Assembly (NCBI GenBank): GCA_964450805.1
Contig: CAYVDD010000001.1
Span: forward strand, 521,288 to 585,287
DNA: 64,000 nt
Direction: 5' to 3'
DNA from: an uncultured Candidatus Saccharibacteria bacterium
GTDB lineage: Bacteria; Patescibacteriota; Minisyncoccia; Minisyncoccales; JANBVM01
The notes beneath the pieces are model-generated. The model worked only from the letters and a program-made list of their open reading frames with translations, did not search any database and was not told where the DNA came from. A program made the translations under genes and the position numbers. Of this stretch, positions 28,904 to 39,275 are shown piece after piece (the stretch's first letter is position 1; each line of letters opens with the position of its first letter).

Positions 28904-29512
28904 TTATTTTTTTGTTTTAATTACTTGGTCAATAAGTCCGTAATTCTTAGCGTCTTCGCCAGAAAGATAAAAATCACGGTCAGTATCTTTTTCAATTTTT
29001 TCTAATTTCTGGCCAGTATGTTTTGCTAAAATTTTATTCACCTGCTGTTTTAATTTAACAATTTGTTTGGCAGCAATTTCAACTTCAACTGCCTGACCGC
29101 TGATACCGCTTACAGCTACCTGATGAAGTAAAATCTGGGAGTTAGGCAAAGCAAATCTTTTTCCTTTTGCTCCTGCGCCTAATAAAACTGCAGCTCCTGA
29201 AGCAGCAGAGCCAACACAGACTGTTGAAACAGGACACTTTACATACTGCATAGTATCATAAATGGCTAAAGCTGAAGTTAGAACTCCACCTGGTGAATTA
29301 ATGTAAAACTGGATGTCTTTTTTAGAGTTTTGAGAGGCTAAAAAAAGCATTTGAGCAATAATTGAGTTTGCAACTGTATCAACAATAGGTGCGCCCAAAA
29401 AAACAATTCTTTCTTTTAAAAGACGTGAATAAATATCATAAGCTCTTTCTCCGCGTTGTGTTTTTTCAATAACAGTAGGAATTAAATTCATATTTTTAAT
29501 TATTTTTTTCAC
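28904..29512 (-). CDS. clpP: ATP-dependent Clp protease proteolytic subunit
   Basis: [19 protein letters not shown], catalytic Ser context [16 protein letters not shown]. Confidence 0.95.
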   Translation of the reverse strand: MKKIIKNMNLIPTVIEKTQRGERAYDIYSRLLKERIVFLGAPIVDTVANSIIAQMLFLASQNSKKDIQFYINSPGGVLTSALAIYDTMQYVKCPVSTVCVGSAASGAAVLLGAGAKGKRFALPNSQILLHQVAVSGISGQAVEVEIAAKQIVKLKQQVNKILAKHTGQKLEKIEKDTDRDFYLSGEDAKNYGLIDQVIKTKK

Positions 29513-30722
29513 TTTTTTTTATTTTTTTAGATTCTTTTTTCTTTTTTGTTGTTTTCGGTTTTTTAATTTTTTCTTTCTTTTTTTCTTTTACCTCTTCTTG
29601 TTCTTTTTGTAAAGAACTTCTTATATCAATTTTCCAGCCGGTTAATTTTGCAGCCAGTCTGACGTTTTGTCCGTCTTTACCAATAGCTAAAGATAATTGG
29701 TCATAAGGGACAATGGCTAAAGCTGTGTTTTTTGGCATAACTTTAACTTCTTCAACTTTAGCTGGACTTAAAGAGTTAGATATAAATTCTTTAGGGTCGT
29801 CAGAATATTCAATAATGTCAATTTTCTCTCCTCCTAGCTCATTGATTACTACTTGAATTCTTGTTCCTCTTTGTCCTACAACTGCTCCAATTGGGTCAAT
29901 CCCTTCTTCTAAAGAACTTACAGCAACCTTTGTTCTTGAACCGGATTCTCTGGCTATTGATTTTATTATTACTGTGCCAGCAGAAATTTCTGGAACTTCC
30001 AATTCAAAGAGCTTTGAAACCAGCTTAGGATAGGCGCGGGATAAAAAGATTTTAGGGCCTTTTGAAGTTATTTCAACTTTTAAAACATAAAGTTTTAATC
30101 TTTGTCCAGCCCTGTAAAATTCTCCAGGAACTTGTTCTTCCTTTGCCAGAACCCCTAAAGTTTTTCCAATATCAAAAAATACATTTCTACCTTCTATTCT
30201 TTGGACAATACCTGAAACAATGCCGCCTTCTTTTGATTTATATTCATTAAAGATGCTTTCTTTTTCTGCTTCTCTTATTCTTTGTATTATGACCTGTTTT
30301 GCTGTTTGAGCAGCAATCCTGCCATAATCTTTTTTAGCTTCCAAAGGAATAACTATTTCTTCTTCCAGTTTTATTTTAGGATTTATTTTTTTGGCTTCTT
30401 CAATCAGAATATGTTTTTCAGCATTAAAGCGGATTTTCCCTTTGCTATCAGTATCTTTAGGGGATTGCTGTTTTTCTGTTAATTTTTTCAGCTCTTCTTC
30501 TGAATAAATCATTTTTTCATCTACCACTGTTTTTACCTGCCAAAATTTAACATGGCCTGACTTTTCATCAAGCTTAGCTTTTATAATTTGTCCTTTTTTT
30601 CCGTAATCTTTTTTATAAGCTGCAGCCAGAGCCTGTTCAATAGTTTCTAAGACTTTTTCTGAAGAAATTCCTTTTTCTTCAGCAATTTGGGCAATAGCTG
30701 AAGCAAAATTTTTCATGTCCAT
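29496..30722 (-). CDS. nusA: transcription termination/antitermination factor NusA with Lys-rich tail
   Basis: NusA N-terminal domain, S1 and two KH domains ([21 protein letters not shown]; [20 protein letters not shown]). Confidence 0.92.
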   Translation of the reverse strand: MDMKNFASAIAQIAEEKGISSEKVLETIEQALAAAYKKDYGKKGQIIKAKLDEKSGHVKFWQVKTVVDEKMIYSEEELKKLTEKQQSPKDTDSKGKIRFNAEKHILIEEAKKINPKIKLEEEIVIPLEAKKDYGRIAAQTAKQVIIQRIREAEKESIFNEYKSKEGGIVSGIVQRIEGRNVFFDIGKTLGVLAKEEQVPGEFYRAGQRLKLYVLKVEITSKGPKIFLSRAYPKLVSKLFELEVPEISAGTVIIKSIARESGSRTKVAVSSLEEGIDPIGAVVGQRGTRIQVVINELGGEKIDIIEYSDDPKEFISNSLSPAKVEEVKVMPKNTALAIVPYDQLSLAIGKDGQNVRLAAKLTGWKIDIRSSLQKEQEEVKEKKKEKIKKPKTTKKKKESKKIKKSEKNN

Positions 30723-30753
30723 AACTTAAATTATATGTATTGTTAATAAAAAT

Positions 30754-30775
30754 GTCCGCATTTTGACGGACTAAT
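30754..30775 (-). terminator. intrinsic terminator at the end of the lipid operon
   Basis: The minus strand reads gtccgtcaaaatgcggac followed by attttta. Confidence 0.5.
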
Positions 30776-30820
30776 CTTTATTTTGCCAAATAAACATTAA
30801 TCTGTCAACCCCATTTCAGT

Positions 30821-31504
30821 TTACCACCATCCTGATTTTTTTATTATTCTTTTAATCCTTAGACCAGATGCTTCGTCATTATCAAAAACAAGCCGGTTTT
30901 TGAATAAAAGAACCTTGTTTTCTGCTGACTTTATTTCTTCTATAGGACTTAATCTTTTAATAAATATTGGTATTAAAGAAGCTGATATTAAAACTCCTAC
31001 TGTTTCAATCTGGTTAAATTTTACTGCTAAATATAATGAAAGTATTAAAAAAACAATTGTGCCAATTGCTGCATTCCAGATTACTGCCAAAATAATTAAA
31101 CCAGCTACTGGAAGCCAGAGAAGTTCAGGATATAAGGAAAAAAAAGCACCAGCTAGAGTTCCTATTCCTCTTCCGCCAGAAAATTTCAAAAAACAAGACC
31201 AGTTATGACCAACAACTGCTGCTGCTCCTGATAAAGCTTGAAATTGAGGAGCCAGTCCAAAAGATTGAGCAAAATAAACTGCTAAATATCCTTTTCCAAT
31301 ATCTAAAACTCCTGTTATTATTCCCTGCCAGAGTCCAATATTTTTAAAGACATTTGAGCCAGATGTTTTTCTCCAGCCGATTTTTAAAATATTTTTTCCT
31401 GTAGAAATTTTTGTGAGTAAATAACCAGAAGGAAAAGAACCTATGATATACGAGGTAATTATCCATAAAAAGCTAAAATAATTATTTGTTAGCGCGCAGT
31501 TCAT
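30821..31504 (-). CDS. plsY: acyl-phosphate:glycerol-3-phosphate acyltransferase
   Basis: Polytopic membrane protein. SGSNVFKNIG and VVGHNWSCFLKFSGGRGIGT match PlsY motifs. Confidence 0.75.
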   Translation of the reverse strand: MNCALTNNYFSFLWIITSYIIGSFPSGYLLTKISTGKNILKIGWRKTSGSNVFKNIGLWQGIITGVLDIGKGYLAVYFAQSFGLAPQFQALSGAAAVVGHNWSCFLKFSGGRGIGTLAGAFFSLYPELLWLPVAGLIILAVIWNAAIGTIVFLILSLYLAVKFNQIETVGVLISASLIPIFIKRLSPIEEIKSAENKVLLFKNRLVFDNDEASGLRIKRIIKKSGWW

Positions 31505-33042
31505 AAAGGAATATTTCCATGTTTTCTTGGTATTTTACTCTCTCTTTTATTGAACAAGGATTTTAAGCACTTAATTAGAGTTATTCTTGTGTCTTTTGGA
31601 TGAATTATCATATCAACTTGCCCAAGCTTAGCTGCTTGATATGGGTCTAAAAATAACTGCTTTAATTCTTCTATCTTTTCTTTTTCCAGTTTTTTAGGGT
31701 CTTTTGCCTTTGCTAAATCTTTTTTAAATATTATTTTAACTGCTTGTTTAGGTCCCATAACCGCAATCTGGGCTGATGGCCAGGCAATAACTTTATCATA
31801 ACCAAGTTTTCTTGAACAAAGAGCTATATATGCTCCACCATATGCTTTTCTGAGAATTAAACTTATTTTTGGAACAGTTGCTTCAGCAAAAGCATAAAGC
31901 ACTTTTGCTCCGTGGCGTATTATTCCTTTTGTTTCCTGCCCTGCGCCAGGAAGATAACCAGGCGTATCAACTAAATTAATTAAAGGAATATTAAAAGCAT
32001 CGGCAAACCTGACGAAACGAGCAATTTTATCAGAAGAATCAACGTCCAGAGTGCCGGCCATATGTTTTGTTTGGTTTGCTATTAGAGCAACAACAAAACC
32101 TGCCAGTTTACTGAAGCCCACAATTGAATTGGTTGCGAAATTCGGCTGCACTTCAAAAAATGTTCCTCTATCAAAAATTTCTTCGATCACTTGTTTTATA
32201 TCATAGCTTTTCTCCTCTTTTTCAGGAACAATTTCTGCAAGTTTAAGGCTTTCCTCTTTTTCAAAAAAATCAGCCAAAAAACTTCTTTCTTGAGGCGGAT
32301 TTTCCAGGTTGTTTTGCGGTAAATAAGAGAGAAGTTTCTTTACTGCCAGAAAACAATCTTTTTCATTTTCATATACAAAATGAGCGCAGCCGCTTTTTGA
32401 AGAGTGGACTGATGCGCCTCCTAAATCTTCAAAAGAAATAGTTTCTCCTGTTACTTTTTTAACTACCTTAGGGCCTGTGATATACATTTGAGAGATTCCA
32501 GAAACCATGAAAATAAAGTCCGATAGTCCAGGAGCATAACAGGCTCCTCCTGCAGAAGGCCCTGCAATCACAGAAATTTGGGGAATAAGACCAGAAGCTT
32601 TAGTCATTGATTTGAAAATTTCCGCATAGCCATCAAGGCTTGATATGCCTTCCTGAATTCTTGCTCCTCCAGAATCAATTATTCCGATTACAGGGCAGCC
32701 TGTTTTTGCAGCCAAATCAATAATTTTAACGATTTTTTTACCATGCATTTCTCCTAAAGAACCGCCGATTTTAGAGAAATCCTGGCTAAAAACATAAACC
32801 TGACGGTTATTAATTGTTCCAAAACCAGTAATAACAGCATCTCCTGGAAATTTCTTTTTATTCATTTCCAGAGCATTAAAACGGCTTTCAACAAAAGCAT
32901 CTAGTTCTACAAAACTGTTTGGGTCTAAAAGCAAATCAATTCTTTCTTTAGCGCTTAGTTTTCCTTTTTGGTGTTGTTTTTCAATTAGTGTTTTATTCTC
33001 GTTCTTTAATTTCCTGTTAAATTTTTTAATGTTTTTTTTCAT
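31501..33042 (-). CDS. acyl-CoA carboxylase carboxyltransferase subunit (fused alpha/beta, PccB/AccD5-like)
   Basis: 513 aa. KGKLSAKERIDLLLDPNSFVELD, GGARIQEG, and a second CT half GGAYIAL. Confidence 0.88.
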   Translation of the reverse strand: MKKNIKKFNRKLKNENKTLIEKQHQKGKLSAKERIDLLLDPNSFVELDAFVESRFNALEMNKKKFPGDAVITGFGTINNRQVYVFSQDFSKIGGSLGEMHGKKIVKIIDLAAKTGCPVIGIIDSGGARIQEGISSLDGYAEIFKSMTKASGLIPQISVIAGPSAGGACYAPGLSDFIFMVSGISQMYITGPKVVKKVTGETISFEDLGGASVHSSKSGCAHFVYENEKDCFLAVKKLLSYLPQNNLENPPQERSFLADFFEKEESLKLAEIVPEKEEKSYDIKQVIEEIFDRGTFFEVQPNFATNSIVGFSKLAGFVVALIANQTKHMAGTLDVDSSDKIARFVRFADAFNIPLINLVDTPGYLPGAGQETKGIIRHGAKVLYAFAEATVPKISLILRKAYGGAYIALCSRKLGYDKVIAWPSAQIAVMGPKQAVKIIFKKDLAKAKDPKKLEKEKIEELKQLFLDPYQAAKLGQVDMIIHPKDTRITLIKCLKSLFNKRESKIPRKHGNIPL

Positions 33043-33046
33043 AAAT

Positions 33047-33565
33047 TTATTCGCTAATAGTTTTTAGTTGTTTTTTTATGCCGTTAACAATTTGGGTCAT
33101 GATCTTTTTGTTGTCAATTTTTTTGTTCAATTCTATTTTAAGTGATGTGGCGGTATTTTCCAAATCTTCTGGAAATTTGTCAATATTTGTATTTAAACCA
33201 ATTCCCATTACAGAAAACTTCACGTCATTTGCTAAGACATTTTCAGTTAAAATACCGGCAACTTTTTTTTGTTTAACATAAACATCATTCGGCAGTTTAA
33301 TAAAGCTCTCCAGATTAAAATTTTCCTTTATTGTTTTTGCCACAACAAAAGCAGCTAAAATAGTTAAGGTTTGTAAATCATCAATATTTGATTTAGGCAG
33401 AATGATAGAAAAGTAAAGCCCTCCTTTTGGAGAAAACCAATAATCTTTTTTTCTTCCATAGCCAGCGCTTTGCTCTTCTGCCCAAACAACCAGCCAATCC
33501 TCAGGCTTTATTTTTTTTGCCAAAGCATTGGTTGAATCAATAATTTTTTCTTTTCTTATTTTCAT
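33047..33565 (-). CDS. birA: biotin-[acetyl-CoA-carboxylase] ligase, short catalytic-domain form
   Basis: GYGRKKDYWFSPKGGLYFS matches the GRGRxGRxWxSPxGxLYxS motif. Only 172 aa, with no HTH or C-terminal domain evident. Confidence 0.7.
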   Translation of the reverse strand: MKIRKEKIIDSTNALAKKIKPEDWLVVWAEEQSAGYGRKKDYWFSPKGGLYFSIILPKSNIDDLQTLTILAAFVVAKTIKENFNLESFIKLPNDVYVKQKKVAGILTENVLANDVKFSVMGIGLNTNIDKFPEDLENTATSLKIELNKKIDNKKIMTQIVNGIKKQLKTISE

Positions 33566-33580
33566 TTATTAAGATAAGTT

Positions 33581-33970
33581 TTATTCTAAAATAACTAATG
33601 TTTCATTACTGCTTACCTTTTTGTTTTTAGTCACTAGAATTTTTTTAACTTTTCCCTCAAAGCTTGAAATTATTTCGTTTTCCATTTTCATTGCAGAAAG
33701 AAGAATAACTTTTTGATTTTTTTTAATAAGGTCGCCAACCTTTACAAATATTTCTGAGACTTCACCAGTGATCGGTGTTTTGATTTCTTTTTTTGAGAAA
33801 TCTTTTTTTGGAATTGAACTTTTAGCAACTGAAATTTGTTTTTTCTCTTGTTCTTGTTTCTCAAAAACAAAGTCTTTATCATCTACTTTTATTTTGATTT
33901 TATTTGCATTCTCTTTTAGAATTTCAACCTCATAGTCTTTGTTATTAATTTTCAGTTTTAGTTTTTTCAT
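33581..33970 (-). CDS. accB: biotin carboxyl carrier protein
   Basis: Biotinyl-Lys motif LSAMKMENEI in a lipoyl-like C-terminal domain. Confidence 0.85.
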   Translation of the reverse strand: MKKLKLKINNKDYEVEILKENANKIKIKVDDKDFVFEKQEQEKKQISVAKSSIPKKDFSKKEIKTPITGEVSEIFVKVGDLIKKNQKVILLSAMKMENEIISSFEGKVKKILVTKNKKVSSNETLVILE

Positions 33971-33987
33971 ACTTAAGAAATGAACAT

Positions 33988-35517
33988 CTACTCAAACATT
34001 TTTAATCTTTCAGCCATCAGCCAGTTTGATGCAGAAGCTTCTTTTTCCGAAATATCTGGTTTTTCCATGGCTTCATAAATCTTAAATACAAGTTCAGCAA
34101 TGTCTTTTTCCTCTATTTTTCTGCTTATAACTGGTTTGCAGGATGGTTGCGGCAGTAATCTATCTAAAATTCTTGTTTTCTCAATGAAATTAGTATTAAA
34201 GTTGCCCTTTAAGAATTCACTGTCATTTAAAAGCAGCTTGAAAAATGGGATTGTTGTTGGAATTCCTTCAATGGCAATTTCATCTAAAGCATTTTTAAGT
34301 CTTTTAATTGCACCTTCTCTTGTTTTATTGTGAGCAATCAGTTTTGCCAGAAGAGAATCAAAATAAGGATAAATTTCTTGACCTTCATGGATGAAAGTGT
34401 GGACAAATATTCCACGACCTCCAGGAGCAAGGTATTTCTGAATTGTTCCTGGGCTAGGCCTGAAATTATTTTTAGGATTTTCAGCATTAATTCTTGCTTC
34501 CATAGCCCAGCCGTTAAAAGAAATGTCCTCTTGAAAGAAGGGAAGCTGCTGTCCCTGGCTAATTTTTATCTGCTGTTCTACTATATCAACACCAGTTATT
34601 GCCTCTGTGATAGGATGTTCTACTTGGATTCTTGGGTTAACTTCTAAAAAGTAGAAGTTTTTATCTTCATCCACTAGAAATTCAACAGTTCCTGCTCCTT
34701 GATATTTTAATTGTTTTGTTAGTTTAACTGATAAGTTAGCCATTTCTTCTCTTGTTTTTTTGTCCAGAAACGGAGAAGGTGCCTCTTCAAGTAATTTTTG
34801 AAATCTTCTTTGGATTGTGCATTCTCTTTCTCCAAGATGAATAATATTTTTTCCATCTCCTAAAATCTGAAATTCAATGTGTCTGGCATCTCTTAATTGT
34901 TTTTCAAGGAAGAAATCAGTGTCAGAAAAAGATTTTGCCATTTGTCTTTGAAGTCCAGCAGAAATTGAGAAAATATCTCCAAAATCAATATTAGAACCAA
35001 TAACCCTGATACCAATACCTCCGCCTCCTTTTCTGGCTTTTAAAATAAATGGAGGTTTGATTTTCAAAACCCATTTTACCAAATCACTCTTGGTTTTAAT
35101 GGAGCCTCTGCTTGCTGGTAGTGTTGGGATTCCTACTTTTCTGGCAACTTTTTTTGCTTCAATCTTGTCTTCCAGTTTTTTTAAGGTTTTAAAATGAGGG
35201 CCAATAAACTCCATTTTGTTTTTCCGAACTAATCTGGCAAATTTCCAGCTTTCAGACAAAAACCCATAACCAGGATGAATGGCATCAACCTTAGCTTTTT
35301 TAGCGATTTCAATTATTTTTTTTTGGTCCAGATAGCCAGAAGAACCTTCTTTTTCTAAAAAATAATACTCGTCAGCCAGCCTGGTTTCAAGGAAATTTGA
35401 TTCCTGTCCCTTTAAAGGACAAAGAGCCACGGTTTTAATTCCCATGTCCTGACAAGTTCTTATTATTCTTAAGGCTATTTCGCCTCTATTAGCAATTAGG
35501 ATTTTTTTAATTTCCAT
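33988..35517 (-). CDS. accC: biotin carboxylase
   Basis: KILIANRGEIALRIIRT, ATP-grasp, EVNPRIQVEHPITE. About 50 aa C-terminal extension. Confidence 0.92.
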   Translation of the reverse strand: MEIKKILIANRGEIALRIIRTCQDMGIKTVALCPLKGQESNFLETRLADEYYFLEKEGSSGYLDQKKIIEIAKKAKVDAIHPGYGFLSESWKFARLVRKNKMEFIGPHFKTLKKLEDKIEAKKVARKVGIPTLPASRGSIKTKSDLVKWVLKIKPPFILKARKGGGGIGIRVIGSNIDFGDIFSISAGLQRQMAKSFSDTDFFLEKQLRDARHIEFQILGDGKNIIHLGERECTIQRRFQKLLEEAPSPFLDKKTREEMANLSVKLTKQLKYQGAGTVEFLVDEDKNFYFLEVNPRIQVEHPITEAITGVDIVEQQIKISQGQQLPFFQEDISFNGWAMEARINAENPKNNFRPSPGTIQKYLAPGGRGIFVHTFIHEGQEIYPYFDSLLAKLIAHNKTREGAIKRLKNALDEIAIEGIPTTIPFFKLLLNDSEFLKGNFNTNFIEKTRILDRLLPQPSCKPVISRKIEEKDIAELVFKIYEAMEKPDISEKEASASNWLMAERLKMFE

Positions 35518-36151
35518 ATTGATAGGGTTTTTGAGATAATTTAGAAATTTCCTGCATTATTTTATCTGTCACTTTTCTTAAAAGCACCTTATATTTATCT
35601 TTATTTTTTTTAATAACTTTTATATCTTCTCTTTCTTTCAAGAAATACAAGGGTTTTCCTATTTTAATAATCCTTTTAAAAGAATTAGCAACTACTTGTA
35701 TTCCTACTGGAATTACAGGAACTCCTGTTCTGAGAGTTAATTCTGCTATACCTGTTTTACCCTTTAAAAGGTTTTTTTTATTATTACTATCTCCTTCAGG
35801 ATAAATAACAATAATTTTATTTTCCCTTATATTTCTAGCCAGTATGTTTATGAAATTTTTCCTATCAACGTTTTTTCTGTTCAGCTTGATTGTATTTGTA
35901 AAATAATAAAGTCCTCCTGATATAAATAAAGTTTTCAAGCTGTCCATAGCACCGACAAAACGAACATTTTTCAATCTTTCTTTTAATAGAGAAATAATAA
36001 ACCAGTGGTCTTTGCCGTCAAGGTGGTTTGGGGCAAGAATAAAATTACTCTGTTCAGGAATATTCTCCTTTCCTTCTACTTTTTTCAAAAAAAATTTTTC
36101 AATAAAAGGAGAAGATATATATCTACAGAAATAAATAAAAGATGTTTTCAT
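35507..36151 (-). CDS. plsC: 1-acyl-sn-glycerol-3-phosphate acyltransferase family protein
   Basis: HX4D motif NHLDGKD and IYPEGDSN. Confidence 0.8.
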   Translation of the reverse strand: MKTSFIYFCRYISSPFIEKFFLKKVEGKENIPEQSNFILAPNHLDGKDHWFIISLLKERLKNVRFVGAMDSLKTLFISGGLYYFTNTIKLNRKNVDRKNFINILARNIRENKIIVIYPEGDSNNKKNLLKGKTGIAELTLRTGVPVIPVGIQVVANSFKRIIKIGKPLYFLKEREDIKVIKKNKDKYKVLLRKVTDKIMQEISKLSQKPYQYGN

Positions 36152-36819
36152 GCTTTTAAATCCAGTCTTGATTTCAAATAGATTATCTCTTCCATTATTT
36201 TATCAGTAATTTCCTGAAGTAGTAACCTGTAATCATCTGATTCCTTGTCTATATTCTTACCTTTTTCGTATTCTTCGTGAAAATATAGGGGTTTGCCAAT
36301 GTTAATTTCAACAATTCTTTTTATTTTAAGATTACCTTCTGGAGGCAGAATATCAAATGTGCCCTTGATTGCTACAGGAAGAATCGGTTTCCCTGTTTCT
36401 AAAAAGATATTAGCTGCACCATACTTGCCTTTTCCTATTTCTCCAGTCCTGGTTCTTGTTCCTTCAGGATAAATTATCAAGCAATCTCCTTTCTTGACTG
36501 ATTCTATGGCTTCTTTCATCATATTTTTCTTTGAAGCCTTACTTTTTCTATTTAAACGAATGACCCCAGCCAGGAAATATATAATATAAAGAGACAATTT
36601 CGTCAATCCTGTGTATTGGTCTGTTTGGCCAATAAAATGAAATCTTCTTGGGACACAAATATAGCCAGTAGCTACCTGGTCTAAGTGGCTTTGATGATTT
36701 GATGCCAGGATAAAGTTTTCTTTAGGTATGTTATCAAGTCCTGTAATTTTTTTAATGAAAAGTATTCTGGCAATAGGAGCAATAAAAATTTTACAAAACC
36801 AAGAAATTAGTCTATTCAT
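36148..36819 (-). CDS. plsC: 1-acyl-sn-glycerol-3-phosphate acyltransferase family protein (paralog)
   Basis: HX4D motif NHQSHLD and IYPEGTRT. Confidence 0.8.
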   Translation of the reverse strand: MNRLISWFCKIFIAPIARILFIKKITGLDNIPKENFILASNHQSHLDQVATGYICVPRRFHFIGQTDQYTGLTKLSLYIIYFLAGVIRLNRKSKASKKNMMKEAIESVKKGDCLIIYPEGTRTRTGEIGKGKYGAANIFLETGKPILPVAIKGTFDILPPEGNLKIKRIVEINIGKPLYFHEEYEKGKNIDKESDDYRLLLQEITDKIMEEIIYLKSRLDLKA

Positions 36820-36824
36820 TTAAT

Positions 36825-37760
36825 TTAATTTAAGCTTCTTTTTTTAAGAATCTTTTGTGCGTCTTTCATAGTTTGTTCAATAATTTCTTTACATGTTTTA
36901 ATCTCTGAAATATCTCCAGCACAAAGGCCACAAAGAAGCGGAGCTTTTTCAACGTCAGCGTTTAATAATTTTGAAGATGAGTATGCGTCAGCTCTGACTT
37001 CTTCAGGAAAAGGATTTTTTTCTTCTAATTTTTTCACTCTTTCAACTAATTCATTTTTTATTAATCTTACTGGATGGCCAGTGAATTCTGCTACAGTTAC
37101 CACATTTTCATCGGTAGCATTTAAGATTGCTTTCTTATAATCTTCATTAATATCACATTCTTTGCTTGCTAAAAATCTAGTTCCCATTTGAACTCCATCT
37201 GCACCTAAAACAAACATTGCTGCTGTGGTTTTTCCATTATAGATACCGCCAGCTGCAACTAAAGGAATATTCCTGAGCACTTTTTTTGCTTGAGGCACTA
37301 AACTCAGTGTTGTTTTTTGGCCGATATGACCTCCTGACTCCATTCCTTCTACTACAATAATGTCAGCGCCATTTTCCTCCATTTTTTTAGCCAATCTTGT
37401 AATAGCAACAACAGTAATAATTTTAATTCCAGCTCTTTTTAAATGAGGGAGTAAAGGAAGGGGATTGCCTCCTCCGGTTGAAACAATAGACACTTTTTTC
37501 TTAATTATTACTTTTACTAAATCAGGAATGTTTGGGTTTTGGAGCATTAAATTTACTGCAAACGGTTTATCAGTTAATTTTTTAGTTTTATCAATCTCCT
37601 GTTTCAGCCATTTAGTAGGTAAAAAACCAGAACCAATTGTTCCTAATCCTCCGGCATTTGAAACAGCTGAAACTAAAATAGAATCTGAAATTCCAGCCAT
37701 TGCTCCCTGGATAATAGGATATTTAATATTTAAGACTTCTGTTAATTTTTCACCAAGCAT
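36825..37760 (-). CDS. fabK: enoyl-[acyl-carrier-protein] reductase II / nitronate monooxygenase family
   Basis: YPIIQGAMAGISD...NAGGLGTIG, GADIIVVEGMESGGH, AAGGI. Confidence 0.8.
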   Translation of the reverse strand: MLGEKLTEVLNIKYPIIQGAMAGISDSILVSAVSNAGGLGTIGSGFLPTKWLKQEIDKTKKLTDKPFAVNLMLQNPNIPDLVKVIIKKKVSIVSTGGGNPLPLLPHLKRAGIKIITVVAITRLAKKMEENGADIIVVEGMESGGHIGQKTTLSLVPQAKKVLRNIPLVAAGGIYNGKTTAAMFVLGADGVQMGTRFLASKECDINEDYKKAILNATDENVVTVAEFTGHPVRLIKNELVERVKKLEEKNPFPEEVRADAYSSSKLLNADVEKAPLLCGLCAGDISEIKTCKEIIEQTMKDAQKILKKRSLN

Positions 37761-37784
37761 AATTTTTTATACAAGGCTGGATTT

Positions 37785-39275
37785 TTAAGCAGTTATTATT
37801 AAAGGTTGTTTTTTTAAAATTTGATTTGCTTCTGTTGTTAATTCATGAATTAGTTCTTTTACAGAAATTATTTTATCAATTCGCCAGACATTTGAACCAG
37901 CAAAAAATAGTCCTTTTTCAAAATCACCTTTTCGGGCTTTTTCTAAAGCCTCTAAAATACAATAGCTTTTATCGCAGGTCATACCTATACATCCCTTGCA
38001 TTTCAGAGGGTCTGGTTTTGGAGCTTTACCTTCTAGAATTTTTTCAACTAAAGGAGTTTTGATTGCTCTGCCAGGCAGTCCAACAGGGGAATGGATAATT
38101 ACAACATCTTCTTTTTTAGCTTTCAAATGAGCTTCCTTAAATCTTTGATGGACATCGCATTCTTTTGTTGATACAAATCTTGTTGCCATTTGAACTCCTT
38201 TTGCTCCTGCTCTTAGCATTTCTACAATGTCTTTTCCATTAAATACGCCGCCAGCAGCAATTATCGGAGTTTTTACAGCCTTTACAACATCTTTGACAAT
38301 ATCAATAGTTTTTCTAAATTCATGACCTTTTGGGAATCCAAGATGTCCTCCTGCATCCATTCCTTCAACAACTATGGCTGCTGCACCCATTTCTTCACCT
38401 TTTTTAGCAACCTTAACAGATGAGGCCATTGAAAATATGGGAACATTATATTTTCTTCCCGTTTCAAAAATATCTTTTCTAAACCCTGCTCCTTGAATTA
38501 TTAAATCAACCTTTTCTTCCATAGCTGCTTTAACTAATTCAGTAAAGTGATTTATTACTCCCATAATATTTATTCCTATTAATCCTTTGGGTCCAGCAAT
38601 TTCTCTGGCTTTTCTAATTTCTGATTTAATTTCTTCTGGATCAGTCATTCCTGAAGCAGCAATAATACCTATTCCTCCATGTTTTGCTACATTTCCAGCT
38701 AAATTATGTAAAGAGACTCTGACTGCCATACCGCCTTGAATAATAGGGATTTTAGCAAAAAGACTGCCAATTTTTAAAGGTGGTAATGTAGTCTGGGCTT
38801 GGGGATTGTCCTCTTTTTTTTCAATGCTTTTTTGAAACTCGTCTTTATCTATAATAGCAACACTAAATCTTGCTTCACCTTTCATTCTATTATTTACAAA
38901 AACCTCTCCTTTCATATTAGCAATTTTATTGCCATAAAACCCAATAAGCTTTACTTTGTATTGCATTCTATCTCCAGGAAAAATTGGCTCATAAAAAAAA
39001 GCACTTCTGATTTGATAGGCTAGCAGGTGCTTGCTTTTATGAGAAGAGCCCAATTTTTTCCTTAAAAGGATTGTTCCTGTTTGAGCAATGCCTTCAAGAA
39101 CCAAAACTCCAGGCATTATTGGATAGCCGACAAAATGACCTTTAAAATAAGGGTCGTCTTTTGATGTTTTTTTATAACTAACAATATTATGAGTTGAAAT
39201 ACTTTCTACTTCATCAACCCATAAAAAAGGCTCGTCATAAGGAATTATTTTTTTAATTTGGTTTTTAGTTAACAT
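37785..39275 (-). CDS. fusion protein: FabZ/FabA-type hotdog dehydratase (N-term) plus FabK/NMO-like FMN oxidoreductase (C-term)
   Basis: aa 1-150: PYDEPFLWVDEV...DPYFKGHFVGYPIMPGVLVLEGIAQTG (catalytic His/Glu context). aa 170-496: PIIQGGMAVRVS, VVEGMDAGGHLG, AAGGV, and a C-terminal Cys cluster CKGCIGMTCDKSYC. Confidence 0.8.
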   Translation of the reverse strand: MLTKNQIKKIIPYDEPFLWVDEVESISTHNIVSYKKTSKDDPYFKGHFVGYPIMPGVLVLEGIAQTGTILLRKKLGSSHKSKHLLAYQIRSAFFYEPIFPGDRMQYKVKLIGFYGNKIANMKGEVFVNNRMKGEARFSVAIIDKDEFQKSIEKKEDNPQAQTTLPPLKIGSLFAKIPIIQGGMAVRVSLHNLAGNVAKHGGIGIIAASGMTDPEEIKSEIRKAREIAGPKGLIGINIMGVINHFTELVKAAMEEKVDLIIQGAGFRKDIFETGRKYNVPIFSMASSVKVAKKGEEMGAAAIVVEGMDAGGHLGFPKGHEFRKTIDIVKDVVKAVKTPIIAAGGVFNGKDIVEMLRAGAKGVQMATRFVSTKECDVHQRFKEAHLKAKKEDVVIIHSPVGLPGRAIKTPLVEKILEGKAPKPDPLKCKGCIGMTCDKSYCILEALEKARKGDFEKGLFFAGSNVWRIDKIISVKELIHELTTEANQILKKQPLIITA

